Assembly (NCBI RefSeq): GCF_001598795.1 | Contig: NZ_BCZP01000030.1 | Coordinates: forward strand, 7,454 to 47,453 | Direction: 5' to 3' | DNA from: Delftia acidovorans NBRC 14950 | Lineage (GTDB): Bacteria > Pseudomonadota > Gammaproteobacteria > Burkholderiales > Burkholderiaceae_C | Length of the DNA: 40,000 nucleotides | Part shown: positions 1-6,733 of the stretch, in pieces | How positions within the stretch are numbered: the first letter of the stretch is position 1 | Layout: the number at the start of each line of letters is the position of its first letter | Program-made: the position numbers and the translations under genes | Notes under the pieces: generated by a model | The model's database searches: none | Told to the model about the DNA's origin: nothing | Seen by the model: only the letters and a program-made list of their open reading frames with translations

Positions 1-300
1 AAGGGGCTGGACATAGAGCCGGCCCTGGTGGTCGATGCCGTCACGGGCGGGCCCATGGACAGCGGCTTCTTCCAGGCCAAGGCCGCTGCCATGCTGTCAG
101 GCCGCTACGACGCCAGCTTCACCGTGGCCAATGCCGTCAAGGACGCTCAACTGGTGGCCGATGCCGCCGCCGGCGCAGGCCTGCTGCTGGATGGTGCCCA
201 GGCCGGGCTGCGCCGCTTCGAGCGCGCGCTGGCCGCCGGGCATGGCGACAAGGACATGGCGGCATCCCACCTGGCATCCCATCCAGCTTCCCATGCCTGA
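1..300 (+). CDS. NAD(P)-dependent oxidoreductase, C-terminal fragment (beta-hydroxyacid / 3-hydroxyisobutyrate dehydrogenase-like); 5' end lies upstream of window
   Basis: Frame 1 is open from base 1 to the TGA at 298-300. Track ORF 28..300 is only its GTG-initiated tail. The tail ...FTVANAVKDAQLVADAAAGAGLLLDGAQAGLRRFERALAAGHGDKDMAA fits the helical C-terminal domain pattern (KD..L...A...G...........G.G..D) of 6PGDH-like beta-hydroxyacid dehydrogenases. Confidence 0.7.
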   Translation, partial: KGLDIEPALVVDAVTGGPMDSGFFQAKAAAMLSGRYDASFTVANAVKDAQLVADAAAGAGLLLDGAQAGLRRFERALAAGHGDKDMAASHLASHPASHA

Positions 301-322
301 GATGCGCAGCGAGGAAAAGGCA

Positions 323-1519
323 ATGAACCAGCCCATGGACACCTCTGGCGACACAGGCCTGCCGCTGGGCAGGCTGCTGGCCCTGGCGATGGCAGGCTTT
401 CTGGCCATCATGACCGAGACCCTGCCGGCCGGCCTGCTGCCGCAGATCGGCACGGGACTGGCAGTGTCCGAAGCCATGGCCGGCCAGATGGTCACGCTGT
501 ACGCGCTGGGTTCGGTACTGGCCGCCATTCCCGTCGTGGTCGCCACGCGCAGCCTCAGGCGCCGGCCGCTGTTCATGGCGGCGGTGGGCGGGCTGCTGCT
601 GTTCAACAGCCTCACTGCGCTGTCCGACCACTACGGCCTGACTCTGGTCGCCCGCTTTGCCGCAGGCATGGCTGCCGGCGTGATCTGGGGGCTGGTGGCC
701 GGCTATGCGCGGCGCATGGTGCCGCCGCATCTGCAGGGGCGTGCACTGGCCGTGGCGGGTGTGGGCCAGCCGTTGGCCCTGGCGGCCGGCGTGCCGCTGG
801 GCGCCTGGCTGGGCAGCCTGTTCGATTGGCGCGGCGTGTTCTGGGCGCTGTCCGCGCTTTGCCTGCTGCTGCTGGCCTGGGTGCGGCTGGGTGTGCCGGA
901 TTACGCCGGGCAGACGGCGCACCAACGTCAGCCCGTGGCGCGCATCCTGCTCGTGCCCGGCGTGCGTCCCGTGCTGCTGGCGCTGTTCGGCTGGATGCTG
1001 GCCCACAACATGCTCTACACCTTCATCGCGCCGTTCCTGGCTTCGGCGGGTCTGGGGCAAAGGGTGGATGGGGTGCTGCTGCTGTTCGGCCTTGCGGCCA
1101 TTGCCGGCATCTGGCTCACGGGCCTGCTGGTGGACCGCTGGTTGCGCGCACTCACCGTGCTGAGCCTGGCCTTGTTTGCCGTGTCTGCGCTGGTGCTGGG
1201 GCTGGCCGGGCAGTCGGCCGTGGCCGTTCTGATCGGGGTTGCGGCCTGGGGGCTGAGCTTTGGCGGCGCACCCACGCTGCTGCAGACCGCGCTGGCCGAC
1301 GCGGCAGGCGAGGGCGCCGACGTGGCCCAGTCCATGCTGGTGACGGTCTTCAACATGGCCGTGGCGAGCGGCGGCGTGGCCGGCGGACTGCTGCTGGGCT
1401 GGCGGGGTGCCTCCGCCTTGCCCTGGGCGCTGGCGGTGTTGGCACTGGCCTGCCTGTCCGTGGTCTGGCCGGCCAGCCATGCGGGCTTTCGGCCTGGGCG
1501 GCGCAGCATGGCTGCCTGA
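323..1519 (+). CDS. MFS transporter (12-TM, sugar/drug efflux-like)
   Basis: 398 aa from ATG 323, with GAGGAA at 311-316 as RBS. The track ORF from 35 is an out-of-context extension overlapping the upstream gene. The protein is highly hydrophobic with repeated TM segments and an MFS-like loop ...VVVATRSLRRRPLF... after TM2. Confidence 0.85.
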   Translation: MNQPMDTSGDTGLPLGRLLALAMAGFLAIMTETLPAGLLPQIGTGLAVSEAMAGQMVTLYALGSVLAAIPVVVATRSLRRRPLFMAAVGGLLLFNSLTALSDHYGLTLVARFAAGMAAGVIWGLVAGYARRMVPPHLQGRALAVAGVGQPLALAAGVPLGAWLGSLFDWRGVFWALSALCLLLLAWVRLGVPDYAGQTAHQRQPVARILLVPGVRPVLLALFGWMLAHNMLYTFIAPFLASAGLGQRVDGVLLLFGLAAIAGIWLTGLLVDRWLRALTVLSLALFAVSALVLGLAGQSAVAVLIGVAAWGLSFGGAPTLLQTALADAAGEGADVAQSMLVTVFNMAVASGGVAGGLLLGWRGASALPWALAVLALACLSVVWPASHAGFRPGRRSMAA

Positions 1520-1560
1520 GGCACTGCCATCACTGTTCCCTCAACAGACGGGCCGCAAAG

Positions 1561-1594
1561 GGGCCACATGCCGCTGCGCATGTGGCCCTTGTTG
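1561..1594 (+). terminator. Rho-independent-type terminator after the MFS gene
   Basis: Perfect 10-bp stem GGGCCACATG (1561-1570) / CATGTGGCCC (1579-1588) with an 8-nt loop, followed by TTGTTG. Confidence 0.6.
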
Positions 1595-1626
1595 CGTGCG
1601 ATCAATCTTCCTATAATTGTTTTACC

Positions 1627-1646
1627 CCATGAACTGTGATTCATGG
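1627..1646. promoter_or_regulatory. Candidate operator palindrome upstream of the cupin operon
   Basis: CCATGAA-ctgtga-TTCATGG has perfect 7-bp inverted arms. It lies in an AT-richer stretch 55 nt upstream of the cupin start. The operon encodes an IclR regulator. Confidence 0.3.
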
Positions 1647-1701
1647 ATAAAACAAATGGCGCCTTCCCCGCCATGATCCACCGACGTTGATGGAGAGACA
1701 C

Positions 1702-2232
1702 ATGTCCGAATCCGCTCAGAACACGCCCCGCACCTGGGATCAGCCCGAAGGCTCCAGCTTCGAACAATGGATGGAGTCGCGCGTGGCGCGGTTTTCCACG
1801 CGCAAGTACGACTTCGACGCGCTGAAGTTCCAGGCCGACTTCGACCCCAAGTACCGCCGTGGCCAGATGCGCTACATCGGCACGGGCGGCACGGGCGTGG
1901 CTGCGGACAGCAACACCATCCCGTCCGAGAACTTCACCTTCTCCACCATGGTCATCCCGGCCGGCAATGAAGGCCCCTCGCACCTGCACACCGATGTGGA
2001 GGAAGTCTTCTTCCTGATCCGCGGCAAGCTCAAGCTCGTGCTGGAGAAGGACGGCCAGCGCTTCGAGACCATCCTCACCGACCGCGACGTGGTCTCCGTG
2101 CCGCCCGGCGTGTACCGCGAGGAAATCAACATCGGCGACGAAGACGCGCTGATGTGCGTGATGCTGGGCGCCAAGAAGCCCATCACGCCCACATACCCGC
2201 CCGAGCACCCTCTGGCAAAAATCAAACGTTGA
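1702..2232 (+). CDS. Cupin domain protein (metal-binding, function unassigned)
   Basis: ATG 1702 is preceded by GGAGAG at 1692-1697. Cupin motif 1 is G-x5-HLH-x3-E (GPSHLHTDVEEVFFLIRG). Motif 2 is PPGVYREEIN, with Arg where the third His usually sits. Confidence 0.8.
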   Translation: MSESAQNTPRTWDQPEGSSFEQWMESRVARFSTRKYDFDALKFQADFDPKYRRGQMRYIGTGGTGVAADSNTIPSENFTFSTMVIPAGNEGPSHLHTDVEEVFFLIRGKLKLVLEKDGQRFETILTDRDVVSVPPGVYREEINIGDEDALMCVMLGAKKPITPTYPPEHPLAKIKR

Positions 2233-2246
2233 GTAGCGGGCCTGCC

Positions 2247-3101
2247 ATGACCGCGCAGACGCTGCAGCGCATGGAACAGCGCCTTCAGGCGCAGTTCCCC
2301 GAACACCTCATCGCCCTGCCCGGTGGCGCTCAGGTCGCCTGGCGCGAGGCCGGCGACACGGCCTCGGACTTTGCCGTGGTGATGCTGCACGGCATCAGCT
2401 CGGGCGCCGCGTCCTGGATGGACGTGGCCCTGGCGCTGGCACCGCGCACGCGCGTGCTGGCCTGGGACGCGCCCGGCTATGGCCGCTCCACGCCGCTGGC
2501 ACCCGACGCGCCCACGGGCGCCGACTACGCCCGCGTGCTGGAGCAGTCGCTGCAGGCGCTGGGCGTACGCCGCTGCCTGCTGGTGGGTCACTCGCTGGGT
2601 GCGCTCATGGGCACGCCCTGGGCGGTGCAGGCTGGTGCCGGGCGCGTGCGGCAACTGGTGCTGATCAGCCCCGCTGGCGGCTATGGCGCACCCGGCATGG
2701 GCGAGCAGCAGGCCAAGGTACGCCAGGGCCGTCTTGCGGCCCTGCAGGAAAAAGGCATCGAAGGCCTGGCCGCCGCCATCGACCAGCGCCTGGTCTCGCC
2801 CGCCGCGCCCGAGCCCGTGCGCCAATGGGTGCGCTGGAACACGGCGCGCCTGCATGCTGCCGGCTACGCCCAGGCCGTGGAGCTGCTGTGCGGCAGCGAC
2901 CTGGGGCAGGCGGCGGGGCAACTGGCCATGCCGGTCGAGGTCTGGGTGGGCGAGCACGACGTGGTCACGCCGCCCGCCGCCTGCGCGGCCTGGGCCGCAA
3001 GGCTGGGCGCGCGGTACGTTACGCTTGCGGCAGCCGGCCATGCCTCTGTCGTCGAACAACCTGCGGATGTCGCACAGAGGCTGGCCCCCCTGCTGACCTG
3101 A
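2247..3101 (+). CDS. Alpha/beta-fold hydrolase
   Basis: 284 aa from ATG 2247. It has the nucleophile elbow GHSLG (LLVGHSLGAL), an HG oxyanion motif (VVMLHGISS) and a C-terminal ...AAGHASVVEQP with the catalytic His. Confidence 0.85.
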   Translation: MTAQTLQRMEQRLQAQFPEHLIALPGGAQVAWREAGDTASDFAVVMLHGISSGAASWMDVALALAPRTRVLAWDAPGYGRSTPLAPDAPTGADYARVLEQSLQALGVRRCLLVGHSLGALMGTPWAVQAGAGRVRQLVLISPAGGYGAPGMGEQQAKVRQGRLAALQEKGIEGLAAAIDQRLVSPAAPEPVRQWVRWNTARLHAAGYAQAVELLCGSDLGQAAGQLAMPVEVWVGEHDVVTPPAACAAWAARLGARYVTLAAAGHASVVEQPADVAQRLAPLLT

Positions 3102-3123
3102 TGGCCTACCGGCCCGAATTGCG

Positions 3124-3930
3124 ATGAGCGACACCTCCGAAACCCTCTCGAACGACAACGACCGCTACACCGTCCCCGCGCTGGAGCGCGGCCTGCGCCT
3201 GCTGGCCTGCTTCACGCCTTCGCAGCCCGTGTGGAGCGCGCCCGACCTGGCGCGCACCCTGGCGCTGCCGCGTTCCACGGTGTTCCGGATGCTGACGACG
3301 CTGGAGAACATGGGGTATCTGCAACGCTCGGGCACCGAGTACCGGCTGGGCCTGTCCGTGCTGCGCCTGGGCTACGACTACCTGTCCACCCAGCCGCTGG
3401 CTCAGCTGGCCGAGCCCGTGCTGCAGGCGCTGTGCGAGCGCCTGGGCTTCACCACCAACCTGGCGCTGCTGGACGGCACCTCCGTGGTCTACGTGGCGCG
3501 CATTGCGCCGGCCGGCGCCTTCCAGGGCGCCGTGCGCGTGGGCTCGCGCCTGCCGGCCCATGCCACCGTGCTGGGCCGCGCCCTGCTGCAGGACATGGAC
3601 GCAGACCAACTGCGCGAACTCTTCGGCGGCAGCGAACTGCCGCAATTCTCGGAAAGCACGCCGCGTGACGTGCAGCAACTGCAGCAGCTGCTGCTGCAGG
3701 ACCGCGAGCGCGGCTACGCCATGGGCGAGGGCTTCTACGAGCCCGGCGTCTCCAGCATTGCCGCACCCGTGCGCGATGCGCAGGGCCGCATCATCGCGGG
3801 CCTGGGCATGGCCGTGGCCTTTACCGAAATCGCACCCGGGCGTATGGCGCACTGGGTGGAACAGGTGCGCGAGGCCGCCGTCGAACTGACGGGCCACCTG
3901 CGCACCCAGCATCCTGGTTTTCTGCGCTGA
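3124..3930 (+). CDS. IclR-family transcriptional regulator (paralogue 1)
   Basis: N-terminal wHTH VPALERGLRLLACF...LARTLALPRSTVFRMLTTLENMGYL. The C-terminal effector domain includes ...RLPAHATVLGRALL... and ...SSIAAPVRDAQGRIIAGLG..., both typical IclR signatures. Confidence 0.9.
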   Translation: MSDTSETLSNDNDRYTVPALERGLRLLACFTPSQPVWSAPDLARTLALPRSTVFRMLTTLENMGYLQRSGTEYRLGLSVLRLGYDYLSTQPLAQLAEPVLQALCERLGFTTNLALLDGTSVVYVARIAPAGAFQGAVRVGSRLPAHATVLGRALLQDMDADQLRELFGGSELPQFSESTPRDVQQLQQLLLQDRERGYAMGEGFYEPGVSSIAAPVRDAQGRIIAGLGMAVAFTEIAPGRMAHWVEQVREAAVELTGHLRTQHPGFLR

Positions 3931-3978
3931 GGAGACGGTGCCCCCACCGGCCTTCAGCGCGTTCTTGCTCAGAAAGAA

Positions 3979-4782
3979 ATGACGATGAATATTGCTGTGA
4001 TTGGCTGCGGTGCGATTGGCGCCAGCGTGCTCGAACTGCTCAAGGGCCATGCCGCGGTGCAGGTGGGCTGGGTGCTTGTGCCCGAAGTGACGGACGCCGT
4101 GCGCGCCACCCTGGCCCGGCATGCGCCCCAGGCCCACGCGCTGCCTGCGCTGGCGGCCGAAGACCGGCCAGACCTCATCGTCGAATGCGCAGGCCATACC
4201 GCCATCGAAGAGCATGTGCTGCCCGCCCTGCAGCGCGGCATTCCTGCCGTCGTGGCCTCCATCGGCGCACTCAGCGCCCCCGGCATGGCCGAGGCCGTGC
4301 AGGCCGCGGCCGAGGCCGGAGGCACCCAGGTGCAATTGCTGTCGGGCGCCATCGGCGGCGTGGATGCGCTGGCCGCAGCCCGCATCGGCGGCCTGGACGA
4401 AGTGGTCTACACCGGCCGCAAGCCGCCCCTGGCCTGGACCGGCACGCCCGCAGAACAGCGCTGCGACCTCGCCAGCCTCAAGGAAGCCTTCTGCATCTTC
4501 GAAGGCAGCGCACGCGAGGCCGCCCAGCTCTACCCCAAGAACGCCAACGTGGCCGCCACCCTGTCGCTGGCCGGCATGGGCCTGGACCGCACCACGGTGC
4601 GCCTGTACGCCGACCCGGCCGTGGACGAGAACGTGCACCATGTGGCCGCGCGCGGCGCCTTCGGTTCCATGGAATTGACCATGCGCGGCAAGCCGCTGGA
4701 GGCCAACCCCAAGACCTCGGCCCTCACCGTCTACAGCGTGGTGCGCGCCGTGCTCAACCAGGCCACGGCCATCGCCATCTGA
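3979..4782 (+). CDS. nadX: Aspartate dehydrogenase-family protein (NadX-like)
   Basis: N-terminal Rossmann IAVIGCGAIG. The central and C-terminal segments SGAIGGVDAL, YTGRKPP.AW, FEGSAREAA..YPKNANVAA and HHV...GAFGS....RGKPL..NPKTSALT are characteristic of the L-aspartate dehydrogenase family. The physiological substrate in this context is uncertain (see findings). Confidence 0.85.
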   Translation: MTMNIAVIGCGAIGASVLELLKGHAAVQVGWVLVPEVTDAVRATLARHAPQAHALPALAAEDRPDLIVECAGHTAIEEHVLPALQRGIPAVVASIGALSAPGMAEAVQAAAEAGGTQVQLLSGAIGGVDALAAARIGGLDEVVYTGRKPPLAWTGTPAEQRCDLASLKEAFCIFEGSAREAAQLYPKNANVAATLSLAGMGLDRTTVRLYADPAVDENVHHVAARGAFGSMELTMRGKPLEANPKTSALTVYSVVRAVLNQATAIAI

Positions 4783-4829
4783 GCCGCACCGGGCACAGGC
4801 TCGCGGCACAATGGGCACTTTCGCCCCGC

Positions 4830-4859
4830 AGGCGGCCCCCGGGCCGCCTTTGCTTTTTG
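4830..4859 (+). terminator. Rho-independent terminator after the nadX-like gene
   Basis: AGGCGGCC (4830-4837) / GGCCGCCT (4842-4849), an 8-bp stem with a 4-nt loop, followed by TTGCTTTTTG. Confidence 0.6.
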
Positions 4860-4893
4860 CCTGTGCCGTTGAAACGTTGAAAGAGAAGCCACC

Positions 4894-5649
4894 ATGACCA
4901 TCGCCATCCTCAGTGCCCTGCCGCAGGAACAGGAAGGCCTGGTCCATGCCCTGTCCGACGCCCAGGGCACGGCCCACGCCGGCCGCATGTTCTGGCGCGG
5001 GCGCCTGCATGGGCACGACGTGGTCTGCGCGCTGTCGGGCATAGGCAAGGTGGCAGCGGCCACCACGGCCACGGCGCTGATCGAGCGCTTCGGCGTACGC
5101 CGCATCGCCTTCACCGGCGTCGCCGGTGGCCTGGGCGAAGGCGTGCGCGTGGGCGATGTCGTCGTGGCCGACGAATACCTGCAGCACGACCTGGACGCCT
5201 CGCCCATCTTCCCGCGCTGGGAAATGCCCGGCTACGGCCGCACGCGCCTGCCCTGCGACCCCGAAATGACGGCCGCGCTGCTGGCCGCTGCCCAGGCCTG
5301 CGTGGCCGAGGCGGGCGAAGACCTGCGCGCCGCCCACGCCACCACGGCGCCGCGCGCGCACCAGGGGCTGATTGCCAGCGGTGACCAGTTCGTGGGCACG
5401 GCGGGCGCTTCTTCCGCGCTGGCGCACGGCCTGCGTGCTGCAGGGCATGAGGTGCTGGCGGTGGAGATGGAAGGGGCTGCGGTGGCGCAGGCTTGCCTGG
5501 ACTATGGCGTGCCGTTTGCGGCCATGCGGACGGTTTCTGATCGGGCGGATGACAGTGCGCATGTGGACTTTGCAGAGTTTGTGAGGGTGGTGGCGAGTCG
5601 GTATGCGTTGCGGGTTGTTGATGGGTTTTTGCGGCGGCTTGCTGTTTGA
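4894..5649 (+). CDS. mtnN: 5'-methylthioadenosine / S-adenosylhomocysteine nucleosidase
   Basis: Colinear by eye with E. coli MtnN: SGIGKVAAA, TGVAGGL, VGDVVV.D, SGD.F, AVEMEGAAVAQ.C and R.VSD.AD all fall in the expected order. Confidence 0.85.
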   Translation: MTIAILSALPQEQEGLVHALSDAQGTAHAGRMFWRGRLHGHDVVCALSGIGKVAAATTATALIERFGVRRIAFTGVAGGLGEGVRVGDVVVADEYLQHDLDASPIFPRWEMPGYGRTRLPCDPEMTAALLAAAQACVAEAGEDLRAAHATTAPRAHQGLIASGDQFVGTAGASSALAHGLRAAGHEVLAVEMEGAAVAQACLDYGVPFAAMRTVSDRADDSAHVDFAEFVRVVASRYALRVVDGFLRRLAV

Positions 5650-5716
5650 TTTTTGACGCTGGTGGGGGCGTTTTTTGACCCTGCCGGGGGGTGTTTTTCG
5701 AGGCCGGGTTTCGGCC
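5649..5716. repeat. Degenerate ~22-23-nt tandem units (T-run + GAC + G-run), about 2.5 copies
   Basis: ATTTTTGACGCTGGTGGGGGCG / TTTTTTGACCCTGCCGGGGGGTG / TTTTTCGAGGCCGGG... begins immediately after the mtnN stop and runs into the left repeat copy. Confidence 0.4.
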
Positions 5717-5995
5717 CGGCGGCCGACCTACTTTCTTGTCTTGCTACAAGAAAGTAGGCAAAGAAAAGCACCCCGAATGTCCGCGACCCCTTCGCTGCGC
5801 TACGGGGCAACCTGCGTCGGGCCACCTGCGGGGTTCGCCGTGAAACTCACTTCGCGCTGCGCGCTACGTTCAGACAATCACGGCGAGTCAGATGACGAAG
5901 CAAGCCTGTCCTTCGGCAGGCTTGCAACCCCGCAGGCGGCCCGACGCAGGCGCTGACATACGGGGAGTTTGCTCGGGCCTTCGCTGCGCTCGGCC
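5702..5995. repeat. Left copy of a structured GC-rich intergenic repeat, interrupted by a 156-nt second module (5728-5883)
   Basis: 5702-5727 plus 5884-5995 align with the reverse complement of 6591-6733. The outer 26 nt, GGCCGGGTTTCGGCCCGGCGGCCGAC, are identical. The inner part is about 75-80 percent identical by eye. Confidence 0.75.
5728..5883. repeat. Nested repeat module starting with a perfect 13-bp hairpin
   Basis: This module is present in the left copy and absent from the right copy. CCTACTTTCTTGT-cttgct-ACAAGAAAGTAGG (5727-5758) is followed by CAAAGAAAAGCACCCC and GC-rich CTTCGCTGCGCT-type motifs. Track ORFs across it translate into typical repeat-derived pseudo-peptides. Confidence 0.55.
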
Positions 5996-6041
5996 GGATG
6001 TGGCCGCACTCGTGGCTATGGGCTTTGAGTGTGGTCGCAAC

Positions 6042-6290
6042 CTACGCTCTGGCTTCGCCTTGCACATAGTCGGCCAGTGACTCAGCGCCGTCGCGGATGG
6101 CGCGCAGTGCGTGAGCCATGGCTTGCGGACGTCGCAAGTCTTCTGGTGCATTGAGGCTGGCCAATGCAAGTTGGGCCAGGGCCCATATTTCGTTGCAGCC
6201 TTCCTGTACCCATCCATTGGTGTCGGTGATGGTGCGAGCCAGTTGCTCGAAGCTGGCGCGCGTGGGAAGAGCGGTGCGCTGATCGTTCAT
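6042..6290 (-). CDS. Hypothetical small protein (82 aa), codon usage atypical for this replicon
   Basis: ATG at 6290 is preceded by AGGAG (complement of 6300-6304) with a 9-nt spacer; the stop is TAG at 6042-6044. By my count 29 of 82 codons end in A/T, including ATA, AGA, CGA, TTG and GTA. Neighbouring genes are almost entirely G/C-ending. I recognise no family. Confidence 0.5.
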   Translation of the reverse strand: MNDQRTALPTRASFEQLARTITDTNGWVQEGCNEIWALAQLALASLNAPEDLRRPQAMAHALRAIRDGAESLADYVQGEARA

Positions 6291-6590
6291 GTTTTCGTAC
6301 TCCTGTGCGAGACGGAAACACCCGACCTGCGTTTTCAAGCGCAGAAAGGGTGGATGGGATGTTGAAAACACGCACACAGACGTGCGGGCAGCCTTGCGGG
6401 TAGCCCCATCCCATCCAAAACCGTGTGGACGTGCGGGTGCGATGCCCACTGTCCAAGTGTTCAGACGTGACGAGGCCTCTCTTTCGGGGAGGCTCTGCCG
6501 CTGTGTGTTGATGGTGTTTTCAAGCACCAGCCCCGGAACAGGGGGCCACCGAAATCATAGAGGCATTCCACAACCCCGCCTCAAACCCCA

Positions 6591-6733
6591 GGCCGAGCGA
6601 AGCGACCGCCCGCACCCACTCCCCGTATGAACGCGCCTGCGGCGTGGTGGTTGCGGGGTTGCAGTCCTGCCGAAGGACAGGACTGCTTCGTCATCTGGCT
6701 CGCTGCGGTCGGCCGCCGGGCCGAAACCCGGCC
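6591..6733. repeat. Right (inverted) copy of the structured GC-rich repeat
   Basis: It is the reverse complement of 5702-5727 plus 5884-5995. It contains the hairpin GCAGTCCTG-ccgaagga-CAGGACTGC (6661-6686), the counterpart of 5900-5925. Confidence 0.75.

Noticed and set aside
35-322. N-terminal extensions of track ORFs. Examples are 35..1519, 2154..3101, 6644..7714, 9382..11145, 10815..12656, 11633..13630, 13470..14660, 15750..17072, 20904..22379, 22219..22764, 23958..25088, 25435..26286, 26179..27813, 33596..34681, 34660..35799 and 38446..39660.
   Set aside because: The extensions overlap upstream genes and translate to low-complexity sequence. They precede internal starts that have RBS, signal-peptide or family-consistent N-termini. 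I trimmed the genes to those starts.
3106-5562. Very long antisense or off-frame ORFs. Examples are the 818-aa ORF at 3106..5562 (-) and the 813-aa ORF at 6881..9322 (-). Others include 137..1480 (-), 9427..10974 (-), 10926..12605 (-), 12506..13750 (-), 13647..14846 (-), 14818..16068 (-), 16029..17168 (-), 17190..18212 (-), 18086..19393 (-), 20462..21748 (-), 21225..22370 (-), 26350..27747 (-), 30039..31598 (+), 32051..34192 (+) and 35679..37505 (+).
   Set aside because: These are classic high-GC shadow ORFs. Their translations are Arg/Ala/Gly/His/Pro-rich low complexity with no motifs. Each lies opposite or out of frame to a gene with clear family signatures and host-like third-position GC bias. 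No RBS or start context supports them.
6370-6480. Possible CRISPR-like or iteron array from the GACGTGCGGG repeats.
   Set aside because: There are only three short, irregularly spaced, imperfect copies. No uniform repeat-spacer periodicity exists and no cas genes are present. It is not a CRISPR array. An iteron or operator role remains possible and is listed as a finding.
5702-6733. Calling the cassette an IS element, MITE, integron cassette or prophage remnant.
   Set aside because: There is no transposase, integrase, attC/attI-like site or recognisable target-site duplication. I therefore annotate repeats only and keep mobility as a hypothesis in the findings.
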